NCBI GenBank assembly: GCA_016432625.1
Contig: CP066697.1
Coordinates: forward strand, 151,113-215,112
DNA: 64,000 nt
Origin: Candidatus Berkelbacteria bacterium
GTDB lineage: Bacteria > Patescibacteriota > UBA1384 > 2-12-FULL-50-11
Reading direction: 5' to 3'
Position numbers and translations under genes: made by a program. Under the pieces are notes generated by a model. The model made no database searches and was not told the origin of the DNA. It saw nothing but the letters and a program-made list of their open reading frames with translations. Below are positions 28,280-37,483 of this stretch, piece by piece (within the stretch, counting starts at the first letter, position 1; every line of letters starts with the position of its first letter).

Positions 28280-29482
28280 ATGGGCGTTACTGTTACGCCA
28301 TCACAAAAATTCCTTATTTTTTGGCTGGCCTTGATTGCCGGCCTGGCTGTGGGCTCAAAAATCGATTTGCCGGTGATGACTTTGTTCTGGCTTTTGGCGC
28401 TCTGGCTCTGCTTACTGATAAGTGGCCAACAGGAACGGGTGGAGTTGATCAGTATTATTATGAGCGCCTTTATCGGCGGCTTGGCGGTCTGGCAGCTCAC
28501 TGGTGGCGAGATCTGGTTCAAAGCTGGATTTTTGCAGGGGATTGTGGCGAAGTTAGAACAATTTCGTGACACGATTACTGATCGAATTTTTCTCGCAATG
28601 CCCGAACCGCACGGCTCCTTACTCACTGGGATATTACTTGGCAATCGGGTTAAGCTGGATCGTGACTTGCTAGAAACCTTCAGGGTCGTTGGTCTGAGTC
28701 ACCTTATCGCCGTTTCTGGATATAACTTGAGCATTTTAACCGTTAACGCGCAGGCGTTATTGCGGCCGTGGTTAGGGCGCCGCGCTGTCTTTTTGTCCTT
28801 CGCGCTAATTGTAGCTTTCGTTATCCTATCCGGCGCGCCGAGCTCAATCTTGCGCGCCGCAGTCATGGCATCGGCGTTGTTGCTGGCAACGTATTTGGGT
28901 CGCCCGAGGCGATCGATTAACATTTTGATTTTTGCGGCTGGGTTTTTGGCATTATTCGAGCCGAAGATAATTTTCGAGATTGGTTTTCAACTCTCAATCG
29001 CCGCGACATACGCCCTGGTACGACTGGCGCCGGTTATCGCCTGGTCGTTGGAGCGGTATCCAAAAATACCCGAAACATTACGTTTGATTATTGCTGAGAC
29101 GCTTGCCGCGACTTTAATGACCGCACCAATTTTAATCGCCTATTTCGAGCGCATCTCATTAGTCTCGCCGTTGTCCAATCTTTTAGTGCTGCCGATTATG
29201 CCGATACTAATGGGGATCGGCATTGCTGGGACGGCGTTAGTGCTGCTGGTGCCGGCGCTTGGTAATTTAGCTCTAATGCTTGGCTGGCCGCTTCTGGAAT
29301 GGATCATCCAAGTTTCGCACCGCCTGGGCGGCCTTGAACACGCTGTCGAAGCCGCCTCGCTGCCACTTTGGGCGACCGTATTGATTGTGGTGGGGATGGT
29401 TGTGGCGGTAGAGTGGCTCTTCCTCACTTGGCGGCGGCGCGTTCCGGACATCGCCGTTAACTTCCGTCTCGCACGAATATGA
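28280..29482 (+). CDS. comEC: ComEC/Rec2 competence protein, membrane channel part (DUF4131 plus Competence domain), encoded separately from the beta-lactamase-fold part
   Basis: Multi-TM protein with LLTGILLGNR...VVGLSHLIAVSGYNLSIL, the hallmark of the ComEC competence domain. Confidence 0.8.
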   Translation: MGVTVTPSQKFLIFWLALIAGLAVGSKIDLPVMTLFWLLALWLCLLISGQQERVELISIIMSAFIGGLAVWQLTGGEIWFKAGFLQGIVAKLEQFRDTITDRIFLAMPEPHGSLLTGILLGNRVKLDRDLLETFRVVGLSHLIAVSGYNLSILTVNAQALLRPWLGRRAVFLSFALIVAFVILSGAPSSILRAAVMASALLLATYLGRPRRSINILIFAAGFLALFEPKIIFEIGFQLSIAATYALVRLAPVIAWSLERYPKIPETLRLIIAETLAATLMTAPILIAYFERISLVSPLSNLLVLPIMPILMGIGIAGTALVLLVPALGNLALMLGWPLLEWIIQVSHRLGGLEHAVEAASLPLWATVLIVVGMVVAVEWLFLTWRRRVPDIAVNFRLARI

Positions 29483-30339
29483 GAACTATCCCGCAACTAA
29501 TCGGCGTCCTGACGCTGCTAGCGTTAATTGTTTTTGGTGCCAGCAAATATGATGCTCAGGAATCACACAACGACCTTAGGGTCTGGTTTTTTGACGTCGG
29601 CCAGGGCGATGCCATATTGCTCGATACTCCCGAGAATCAGCAAATCCTAATTGATGGTGGTCCGGACGGCAGTATCTTGCGCGAACTCAATAAAGCCTTG
29701 CCGTTTACCGACAAAGATATCGATCTCGTGATTGTTACCCACAACCACGCCGACCACATCACTGGAATTGTGGAAGTTCTGAGACATTATCAGGTTAAAG
29801 AAATTTGGCTGACGGGTGCCATTCACACCACGAATATCTTCCGAACAATGCTCGAGGAAATTAATAAACGCGGCGTTAAAGCCGAAGTTGTTGCTGCCGG
29901 AAAAACTATTAATTTCGGCAATTTGGGCGGCATAGTCCTCTACCCACTCGAAGCAAAGACCGGTTCGACACCGGAAGACCAGAACGCCTTATCGCTAGTA
30001 ACCTTCTGGCAGTACGGTGGGACAACCCTATTGATGACGGGGGACGCAGGCGTTGAGCAGGAGTCCGAGCTCTTAGGCCGCCAGTTACTTCGCTCGACAA
30101 CAATTCTAAAAGTCGGCCACCAAGGAAGTCACACAAGTTCAAGTGAGGCGTTCTTAAAACTAATCCAGCCCAAAGTTGGTGTTATCTCAGTGGGGGCGAA
30201 AAATCAGTACGGCCATCCGCACCAGGACGTCCTGGACCGTTACCTAAGTTTAGGGATACCGTTGCTACGCACCGATCAAGACGGGACGATCCGCTTCGAT
30301 ATAACGCTAGAGGGGTACTCATATAAAACTGGTCTCTAG
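29479..30339 (+). CDS. comEC: ComEC C-terminal metallo-beta-lactamase-fold domain protein (separate ORF, ATGA overlap with the channel gene)
   Basis: VWFFDVGQGDAILL...VIVTHNHADHITG...MTGDAGVEQE...VGHQGSH. MBL HxHxDH motif pattern typical of the ComEC C-terminus. Confidence 0.8.
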   Translation: MRTIPQLIGVLTLLALIVFGASKYDAQESHNDLRVWFFDVGQGDAILLDTPENQQILIDGGPDGSILRELNKALPFTDKDIDLVIVTHNHADHITGIVEVLRHYQVKEIWLTGAIHTTNIFRTMLEEINKRGVKAEVVAAGKTINFGNLGGIVLYPLEAKTGSTPEDQNALSLVTFWQYGGTTLLMTGDAGVEQESELLGRQLLRSTTILKVGHQGSHTSSSEAFLKLIQPKVGVISVGAKNQYGHPHQDVLDRYLSLGIPLLRTDQDGTIRFDITLEGYSYKTGL

Positions 30340-30372
30340 TCCGTTCGGTTTTTGTCCGGTAAGATAAGATTA

Positions 30373-31101
30373 ATGTCGGGTCATTCTAAGTGGGCGCAAA
30401 TCAAAAGGCAGAAGGGCGTTGCTGACGCCCGTCGCTCGGCAACTTTCGGCAAACTAACATGCGCTATTACGATTGCTGCCCGCCAGGGCGCCGATCCGAC
30501 GATGAATTTTCAGCTGCGGATCGCTATAGACAAGGCCAAAGCTGCCAACATGCCCAAAGATAATATCGAACGAGCGATCGACCGCGGTAAAGGTGGTGCG
30601 GCCGGTGGCTTGGAAGAAATGTCGCTCGAGGCTTACGGCCCGGGCGGCACGGCGTACCTAATTGAGGCGGCAACTGATAACCGTAATCGGACAATCAGTG
30701 AAGTTCGTGCCCATCTAAATAAGTTCGACGGCAAGCTGGCGGAATCCGGCGCCGTCAAATACCTCTTCAAGCACGTCGGGCAGATTATTTATGAGACTGA
30801 TAAACCGGAGGAGCTAGAGCTCTCGGCGATCGACGCCGGGGCGACAGATGTTGAGCAAGACGGCGGGACGGTTGTGGTGACTACTGAACCGAAAGGGCTG
30901 GAAGCGGTGCGCCGTAACCTTGAGGAGCTTGGGTACGAGAGCAACGAGGTCGGCTTAGAATGGCACCCAACCGCAACTGTTCCAGTGACCGATCCGGCCA
31001 TCGCGAAGAAAGTTATTCATCTTAGCGAAGCTCTCGACGTACTTGACGACGTAACGCACGTCTCCAGTAACTTTGATGTACCCGCGGAGCTGATAGAGTA
31101 G
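30373..31101 (+). CDS. yebC: YebC/PmpR family DNA-binding transcriptional regulator
   Basis: MSGHSKWAQIKRQKG N-terminus diagnostic for the YebC family. Start moved to the second ATG at 30373. Confidence 0.85.
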   Translation: MSGHSKWAQIKRQKGVADARRSATFGKLTCAITIAARQGADPTMNFQLRIAIDKAKAANMPKDNIERAIDRGKGGAAGGLEEMSLEAYGPGGTAYLIEAATDNRNRTISEVRAHLNKFDGKLAESGAVKYLFKHVGQIIYETDKPEELELSAIDAGATDVEQDGGTVVVTTEPKGLEAVRRNLEELGYESNEVGLEWHPTATVPVTDPAIAKKVIHLSEALDVLDDVTHVSSNFDVPAELIE

Positions 31102-31107
31102 GACAGC

Positions 31108-31593
31108 ATGGAGGGCAAACGAATTCTTGGCATCGATCCGGGCACGACCAGGCTCGGTCATGGCTTGATAGAAATTATCGAAGGCAAACCGTCGCTAATT
31201 AATCACGGCTGTATTGAAACGACGCCGAACTCCCCCGAAACCCAAAAGCTGTCGCATATTTACGAAGAGATGGTTCGATTGGTGAAAGAAATCAAGCCGG
31301 ACTTAATTGCTGTCGAGATGATCTTTTTTGCTCGCAATTCAACGACTGCTTTTGCTGTTGGCCAGGCCCGCGGTATCGTTCTGTTAGTCGCGGCACAGGC
31401 TAATATCCCGATTGCTGAAGTTGCCCCCCTCCGCTTGAAAAAAATCTTGCTTGGCAATGGCACTGCCAAGAAAAAAGATATTCAACACTTTATTAAAGAC
31501 TACTTCGGCCTTGAGAAGATTCCGAAACCGGACGACGCCGCTGATGCTATTGCCGTGGCGCTGACGCAGTTTTTGGTACCAAAAGCGCTGTAG
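31108..31593 (+). CDS. ruvC: Crossover junction endodeoxyribonuclease RuvC
   Basis: ILGIDPGTTRLGHGLIE...DLIAVEMIFFARNSTTAFAVGQARG...DDAADAIAVAL. RuvC catalytic acidic residues. Conserved yebC-ruvC synteny. Confidence 0.85.
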   Translation: MEGKRILGIDPGTTRLGHGLIEIIEGKPSLINHGCIETTPNSPETQKLSHIYEEMVRLVKEIKPDLIAVEMIFFARNSTTAFAVGQARGIVLLVAAQANIPIAEVAPLRLKKILLGNGTAKKKDIQHFIKDYFGLEKIPKPDDAADAIAVALTQFLVPKAL

Positions 31594-31640
31594 CTTTGGG
31601 CACTTTGACTGGATTCTACATCTGGAAAAGAGTATAATTT

Positions 31641-32909
31641 TTGCTACCACAGCTCCAGAATAAAAAAGAAAAGGAGAGCATGTCTCCATTAAATACCCGC
31701 GGTAAATTAGCCGTCCGCCTTAAGGCGACGGAACCGCGCGTCCGGGTAATCTACGTCTCAACCTACATCCCACGCGAGTGCGGTATTGCGACGTACACCA
31801 AAGACCTTACTAATGCTATAAACCTGCTTAATCCTTATTGTCTGGCGGACATTGTTGCGATCGACGATCGCGATATGAACAAAACCAACTACCGCTACCC
31901 GTGGGAGGTGAAATATAAAATCCAGCAAAACAGCCCGAAGTCCTGGCGCGAGGCAGCCGCTTATATTAACCAGTCCAGCGCGGAGATTGTTCACTTTCAG
32001 CACGAATTTGGTATCTATAGTTCATCTGCTGGCTCTGCCGGTGAGCACGCCGTTTTGCTTGCTGAAGCGGTCAACAAACCGATCGTTGTAACTTTCCACA
32101 CGGTCTTGCCACGTCCAAGCAAGGCTCAACTAGCAAGTGTTCGTAAGCTCGCCAAGCTTGCCACGGCCATCACTGTTATGGTCGGTGCGGCGGTTAAACT
32201 TCTAGTAGATGTCTACGGCATCGACGAGAAGAAAATTGTTGTCATACCGCACGGCGTGCCAGACATTGGCTACACAACCACCAAAGGCGCCAAAGAGTAT
32301 CTAGGCCTCGGAGACGCGACGATAATTTCTGGTTTTGGCTTACTCAGCGAAGGCAAGGGTTATGAATACGCCATCGAAGCGATGCCCGCGATCGTCAAGC
32401 AAAACAGCAACGTCAAACTCCTCATCATTGGCGAAACTCATCCTGTTGTTCTTCGCCATCAAGGCGAGGCATATCGCCATAAACTCCACGCTCTAATTAA
32501 AAAACTCAAATTGTCACGTTCAGTAAAAATGGTAAATCGTTACCTGACGCTTGGGGAAATAATCGATTACCTAAAGGCGACAGATATATATATCACGCCG
32601 TTTTTGGGATTGGAACAGATTACTTCCGGCACGCTCTCTTATGCCATCGGTGCCGGTAAGGTCTGCGTTACTACGCCATATCGCTACGCGGAAGAGGTGG
32701 TGGACGACGATCGCGGCGTGTTAGTACCGCCAAGAGACTCGTGCGCAATGGCCGCGACTATCAACGATCTGCTCGCCCACCCAAGAAAGTGCTCGATTAT
32801 GTCCAAAAAAGCATATGCCTATGGGCGTAATATGATCTGGCCGAGCGTTGCCCTGAGGCATCTAGATCTCTTCGAGATCGTTAAAAAGGTTAGCTATGCT
32901 CGAGCTTAA
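31641..32909 (+). CDS. Glycosyltransferase family 4 (GT-B, retaining)
   Basis: N-terminal RVIYVSTYIPRECGIATYTKDL and C-terminal EX7E region (RYAEEVVDDDRGVLVPP) typical of GT4/GT1-fold enzymes. Confidence 0.7.
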   Translation: MLPQLQNKKEKESMSPLNTRGKLAVRLKATEPRVRVIYVSTYIPRECGIATYTKDLTNAINLLNPYCLADIVAIDDRDMNKTNYRYPWEVKYKIQQNSPKSWREAAAYINQSSAEIVHFQHEFGIYSSSAGSAGEHAVLLAEAVNKPIVVTFHTVLPRPSKAQLASVRKLAKLATAITVMVGAAVKLLVDVYGIDEKKIVVIPHGVPDIGYTTTKGAKEYLGLGDATIISGFGLLSEGKGYEYAIEAMPAIVKQNSNVKLLIIGETHPVVLRHQGEAYRHKLHALIKKLKLSRSVKMVNRYLTLGEIIDYLKATDIYITPFLGLEQITSGTLSYAIGAGKVCVTTPYRYAEEVVDDDRGVLVPPRDSCAMAATINDLLAHPRKCSIMSKKAYAYGRNMIWPSVALRHLDLFEIVKKVSYARA

Positions 32910-33930
32910 AGAGTTTCGTAACCGGCCGGTACTTACCCACTTGAAACGCCTGACAACAAAAGACGGGCTAGTTCAGCACGCCGATAAAGAAGTCCCCGAC
33001 CCGAGTTTTGGGTACTCGATTGACGATAACGCCCGCGCCTTAATGGTCTGCCTCTGGCACCACAAGATATTCGGCGATGAGGCAATTCTACGGCTGGCCG
33101 AAATCTACTTTAACTACGTTAAAAAAGTCGAAAAAGACGGCGGAAGCTTTCACAACTTTCTTAGTTTTACCGAACAAATTTTGGATAACGAGGGCTCGGA
33201 GGACTCTATCGGCCGCGCGATTTGGGCCCTGGGAGAAGCATGTGCAGATTCACCGATGAAGTTCATGAAAGAAGCTGCAGAGGGGTCCTTGAAGCGCTCA
33301 GCGCTAGAGCATCACTTGGAGCATCCACATGTGCGGACAAAAGCATATGTTTTACTTGGTTTAATTTCAGCGAATGACGAAACAATGGCTCGAATTTGGG
33401 CCAATAAATTAGTCGATATTTTTCACGCTAATTCAAGTCCCGACTGGCAGTGGTTTGAGGAAGCTCTGCGTTACGCTAACGGCATTTTGCCGTACGCCTT
33501 GGCGAAAGCTTACATTTCTACCAAAGACAAACGATACCTGGAAATTTCAGAGCAATCTTTCCGTTGGTTGAATGGAGTCTCAAGGCTCGATGACAAGCCT
33601 GCACCGATTGGCCAGAACGGCTGGTACTTCAAGGATGGTGACAAAGCTGAATACGACCAACAGCCACTAGAGGCGGCCGACATGGTTCTTGCTGCCACGG
33701 CGCTCTACGAGGCAACGAAAAACGAGGAGTTTCTACGAAACGCCCTTGAATGGATGAGTTGGTATCACGGCAATAACACCGCTAATAAACCGCTCATTAG
33801 CGAACAGACTGGCGGCATATACGACGCTGTGACGCCAGGCGGTGTCAACGAGAACCAAGGAGCCGAGTCGATCGTCACATATTTGCTGGCCTACCTTGCC
33901 TTGTCCGAGATCGCTCATGAGTCCGCATAA
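32896..33930 (+). CDS. Hypothetical protein, possibly an (alpha/alpha)6-barrel glycoside hydrolase/epimerase-like enzyme; first of the genes following the GT4
   Basis: 344-aa ORF overlapping its neighbours. Assignment only by loose resemblance of helical repeat organisation (low confidence). Confidence 0.35.
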   Translation: MLELKEFRNRPVLTHLKRLTTKDGLVQHADKEVPDPSFGYSIDDNARALMVCLWHHKIFGDEAILRLAEIYFNYVKKVEKDGGSFHNFLSFTEQILDNEGSEDSIGRAIWALGEACADSPMKFMKEAAEGSLKRSALEHHLEHPHVRTKAYVLLGLISANDETMARIWANKLVDIFHANSSPDWQWFEEALRYANGILPYALAKAYISTKDKRYLEISEQSFRWLNGVSRLDDKPAPIGQNGWYFKDGDKAEYDQQPLEAADMVLAATALYEATKNEEFLRNALEWMSWYHGNNTANKPLISEQTGGIYDAVTPGGVNENQGAESIVTYLLAYLALSEIAHESA

Positions 33931-34879
33931 ATTGGGCGTCATTGGCGCTGGGGCTTTTACGGACTTCGCACTCCAAGGTTACAAAGAGCATCTCGACACG
34001 CTTGAATTAACAGCGATCACCGACCCTAAATTGGAGCTCGCCAAGAGTCTGGCCGCAAAATATGGCATAAAAAAAGTATATGCTTCGAACGAGGAGTTGT
34101 TTCAGGATGAGAGTATCAGTATCGTTTTGATCCTGACGCCGCCTAACACTCATTTTGTACTAGCCAAGCAAGCGCTCGAACATGATAAACATGTGTTAGT
34201 CGAAAAGCCGATCGCCTTTAAGGAAGATGACGCCCTCGAGTTAATCAACTTGGCAGACGCAAAATCCAGACAACTTTCCGCCAACCTAGTTTTGCGCCAC
34301 CACCCATTCCACAGAAAAATTGCCGACTACGTTCAGAACGGCTCGCTGGGTAAACTAGAGAGAATCGAGTCGGTCGCTAAACTTGCCGCTTATCCGGTCG
34401 GCCACTGGTACTGGGACGCCAAGATCAGCGGCGGGTTTTTCCTGAACACTTTTTGTCACTTCTTAGACTTGTATGATTTCATCTTTGGCTTGTCGCCAGG
34501 CAGTCTTGAGTCCTCAGGAAGTACCGACAAGGTCGTGACAATTAAATCAACCTATCCTGACGGCCAGAGCGCGACGCTTCAGGCAGATATCCACGTCAAG
34601 AACGAAGACGAGTTTGTGGAGACCGTCTATTTTTTCGAAAAAGCCGTCATTAAAACCCGTGGCTGGCTGCCAGAAGAAATGGCTATAGAGCAAGACGGCG
34701 CACTCAAGACCTGGCGAAATGATGAAAAGTTGCCACTTTATCGCCAGCTACTCGCCGAAATTATGGAGGAACTACTACGACGCGTTGATAATCCCGCCGT
34801 GAAGACGCTCATAACTCACCAGGCCTTGCTTCAAGCGGTCAAGAGCCCTACAAGAGCAGAGCATAATTGGTTAAGCTAA
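33917..34879 (+). CDS. Gfo/Idh/MocA family NAD(P)-dependent oxidoreductase
   Basis: Rossmann N-terminus KLGVIGAGAFTDFALQGY...VLVEKP (EKP motif). Start set at ATG 33917 (MSPHKLGV). Confidence 0.75.
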   Translation: MSPHKLGVIGAGAFTDFALQGYKEHLDTLELTAITDPKLELAKSLAAKYGIKKVYASNEELFQDESISIVLILTPPNTHFVLAKQALEHDKHVLVEKPIAFKEDDALELINLADAKSRQLSANLVLRHHPFHRKIADYVQNGSLGKLERIESVAKLAAYPVGHWYWDAKISGGFFLNTFCHFLDLYDFIFGLSPGSLESSGSTDKVVTIKSTYPDGQSATLQADIHVKNEDEFVETVYFFEKAVIKTRGWLPEEMAIEQDGALKTWRNDEKLPLYRQLLAEIMEELLRRVDNPAVKTLITHQALLQAVKSPTRAEHNWLS

Positions 34880-34972
34880 GTCTCAGGGAGGGAACCAATC
34901 GAACAATACGGCGAGTTTTCCCATCAGGGAGACGAATACATTATCTATCGGCCTGATACGCCCAAACCTTGG

Positions 34973-37297
34973 GTGAACTTTATAACTAACGGCCAATACG
35001 TCGCGCAGGTTTCCCAGACAGGCGGCGGGCATTCGTTTATTGAAGACTCGGCCTATAACCGTATAACCAGGGAAATCCCGGGCGATAACCTCATCGAAGA
35101 CCGCCCCGGGCGTTACGTCTATATCCGCGACAACGATACCGGCGAGTATTGGGGCTTAACCTGGCAGCCGGTCATGAAGAAACTCGACCATTTTCAGACT
35201 CGTCACGGCATCGGCTACACCACCATTGAATCGTCGTACGACGGCATTGATGGCTCAATTACTTATTTCGTGCCACTTGAGGACCCGTGTGAGATCTGGC
35301 AGATCAAACTCAATAACTTTACAGAGCGCAAAAGGCGCCTAAGTATTTTTGTTTTCGTTGAATGGGATCTAGGCGTCAGACATGAAAATATCCTTGAGGC
35401 AGCCTTTAACGATTTGTTTAACGACATGATCTTTAAAGACAACACGATTTTCGCGACCAAACGGCGCTGGAACACTGCCGAGCGGGAGGGTCTGTATTGG
35501 GATAAAGTAGCGTTTCTGACTATGGATCATCAGGCGGATAGTTTTGACTGCATTAAAGAAAGATTCACCGGTATGTACGGTGACATTATTGCGCCGAAGG
35601 CTGTCATCGAAGGTAAATGCACCCGGAGTCAGGGATTAGGTCACCGCGCCGTTGGCGTTTTGCAGAAAAATATCACTCTCGGTCCGAAAGCGCCGGCGCA
35701 TTTCAACGTAATTCTCGGCGCTGGTTACACAAATCCCGAAGCAAAGAGCTTCGTTCAAGCCCAAACTTCGGGCATGCGTCACGCGGCCAAAATCATTGAA
35801 AAGTATCAGAAACCAAGCGCCATCGAACAAGCTTTTGAAGCTGTTCGCGCTCACTGGGAAGAGTATAACGGCCACGTTATGAGTAAATCGCCCGACCCGT
35901 TATTCGATTATTCATTTAATTATTGGAACAAGTATCAGTCTTGGATTACCAGCCACTGGTCTGAGATGGACACATATTATATCGGCGGCGGCGGCACGAT
36001 CGGTTTTCGAGACATGGCGCAGCACTTGATCGGCGTCATGCCAAACGATATCACCCTCGCTCGTAAACGTCTGCTCGAATTGCTCAGCTACCAATTCAAA
36101 GAGGGTCGTACAGTACATAACTGGGACAAGCTGACCAAGCGGGGTCATGTCACTGACCATTCCGACGACACTCAGTGGCTGATTACCTCAGTGTTGTTTT
36201 ACCTGAAAGAAACCGGCGACCTCAAATTCCTCAAAGAGGAAGTCGATTACTACGACACCGGACGGGCCACGATTTTACATCACGTCATTCGAGCGATGGA
36301 TTACAGCTTGAAGCACTTGTCCAGCCGCCATTTGCCGTATCGGATGAGCGCCGACTGGAACGACGCCCTAAATGGGGAACACGAGAGCAAAGGCGAGAGC
36401 CAGATGGTTGCTTGCCAGATTTGTTACAACATCCGCGAACTGGCGCCGTTCTTAAATGAGATCGGCGAGCACGAGTTGGTTGATAAATACCAGCGGATTT
36501 ATAAGAAAATAAAAGAATCTGTTAATCACTATCTTTGGGATGGCGGTTGGTACACTCGGGGTACCGCCAAAGACCATTCCGCTATTGGCTCAAAAAAGAG
36601 TAAAGCCAACAAGATCGATATTAACGCCCAAAGTTGGGCGGTGCTAAGCGGTGTTGCCGACAAGCCCCGCGGTATTAAGGCGATGGACGCGGTCTGGAAA
36701 CACCTCAACACCAAATACGGTCCGGCGATGTTTTTACCTTCATATCAACACCCAGAAGAACGCTACGGCGTGATCTCGCAATTTACGCCTGGCACTAAAG
36801 AGAACGGCGCTATCTTTAACCATCCGGTGGCCTGGGCGGTTATTGCTGAAACGGTTCTGGGGCGAGGGGATCACGCCTATAAGTTCTGGAAAGAGACGAG
36901 TTTCGCCTATCGAGGTCAGGAACCAGAGCTCTATCGCGTCGAGCCGTACGTCTACGCAGAGTTTGTTTACGGTCCGGAGCACCCGGAGTTTGGCCGAGGG
37001 TCTTTCACTTGGGCAACTGGTTCCGCCTCCTGGTTCTGGCGCGCCTGCTTAGATTACATCCTAGGTCTGCAGCCGGTTTTGGGTGGTTTGAAAATCGACC
37101 CATGCTTGCCCAAAGACTGGCGGCAGGTTGAGATCGGCCGCAAGTTCCGTGGTGCCGATTATCACATCCGGATTCAAAATCCGTTCCGCGTTAATCGTGG
37201 CGTTGACCGAATTCTCGTTGACGGCGTCAGAATTACCGGCAACGTTATCGCTCCGTTTAATTCCGGCGTCCACTTTGTCGAAGTAGTCTTAGGCTAA
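34973..37297 (+). CDS. GH94-family disaccharide phosphorylase (cellobiose/cellodextrin-phosphorylase-like). The true N-terminus probably lies upstream of the annotated GTG (see findings)
   Basis: Sequence just upstream in the same frame (EQYGEFSHQGDEYIIYRPDTPKPWVNFITNG) matches the conserved GH94 N-terminus (GxFDDxxREYVITxPxTPxPWINYLG). Followed by GYTTIESSYDGIDGSITYFVPL and the large (alpha/alpha)6 catalytic region. Confidence 0.75.
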   Translation: MNFITNGQYVAQVSQTGGGHSFIEDSAYNRITREIPGDNLIEDRPGRYVYIRDNDTGEYWGLTWQPVMKKLDHFQTRHGIGYTTIESSYDGIDGSITYFVPLEDPCEIWQIKLNNFTERKRRLSIFVFVEWDLGVRHENILEAAFNDLFNDMIFKDNTIFATKRRWNTAEREGLYWDKVAFLTMDHQADSFDCIKERFTGMYGDIIAPKAVIEGKCTRSQGLGHRAVGVLQKNITLGPKAPAHFNVILGAGYTNPEAKSFVQAQTSGMRHAAKIIEKYQKPSAIEQAFEAVRAHWEEYNGHVMSKSPDPLFDYSFNYWNKYQSWITSHWSEMDTYYIGGGGTIGFRDMAQHLIGVMPNDITLARKRLLELLSYQFKEGRTVHNWDKLTKRGHVTDHSDDTQWLITSVLFYLKETGDLKFLKEEVDYYDTGRATILHHVIRAMDYSLKHLSSRHLPYRMSADWNDALNGEHESKGESQMVACQICYNIRELAPFLNEIGEHELVDKYQRIYKKIKESVNHYLWDGGWYTRGTAKDHSAIGSKKSKANKIDINAQSWAVLSGVADKPRGIKAMDAVWKHLNTKYGPAMFLPSYQHPEERYGVISQFTPGTKENGAIFNHPVAWAVIAETVLGRGDHAYKFWKETSFAYRGQEPELYRVEPYVYAEFVYGPEHPEFGRGSFTWATGSASWFWRACLDYILGLQPVLGGLKIDPCLPKDWRQVEIGRKFRGADYHIRIQNPFRVNRGVDRILVDGVRITGNVIAPFNSGVHFVEVVLG

Positions 37298-37483
37298 AAT
37301 AGCGGCTGGCTCAAGTCGATAGTAATCGGTTCGAAGAATTCTGCGGCCCCAATGCCGCTATTTTGCAGTTGAATTAGCAACGCATAAGCGCCGATTGCCA
37401 GAGTTACGAAAAATACAAACGCGTAGAGTAGTAACCAGCGACGTTCCTTGTGGCGCGCACTCATTAGAATTAGACTACATCAA

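Noticed and set aside
28273-28644. 123-aa minus-strand ORF upstream of grpE (candidate hrcA position)
   Set aside because: It is entirely antisense to the well-supported ComEC channel gene and has no HrcA-like motifs.
34898-34972. Extending the GH94 CDS to the ATC codon at 34898
   Set aside because: Biologically attractive (conserved N-terminus, good SD), but a non-canonical start cannot be established from sequence alone. The feature is kept at the GTG (34973) and reported as a finding.
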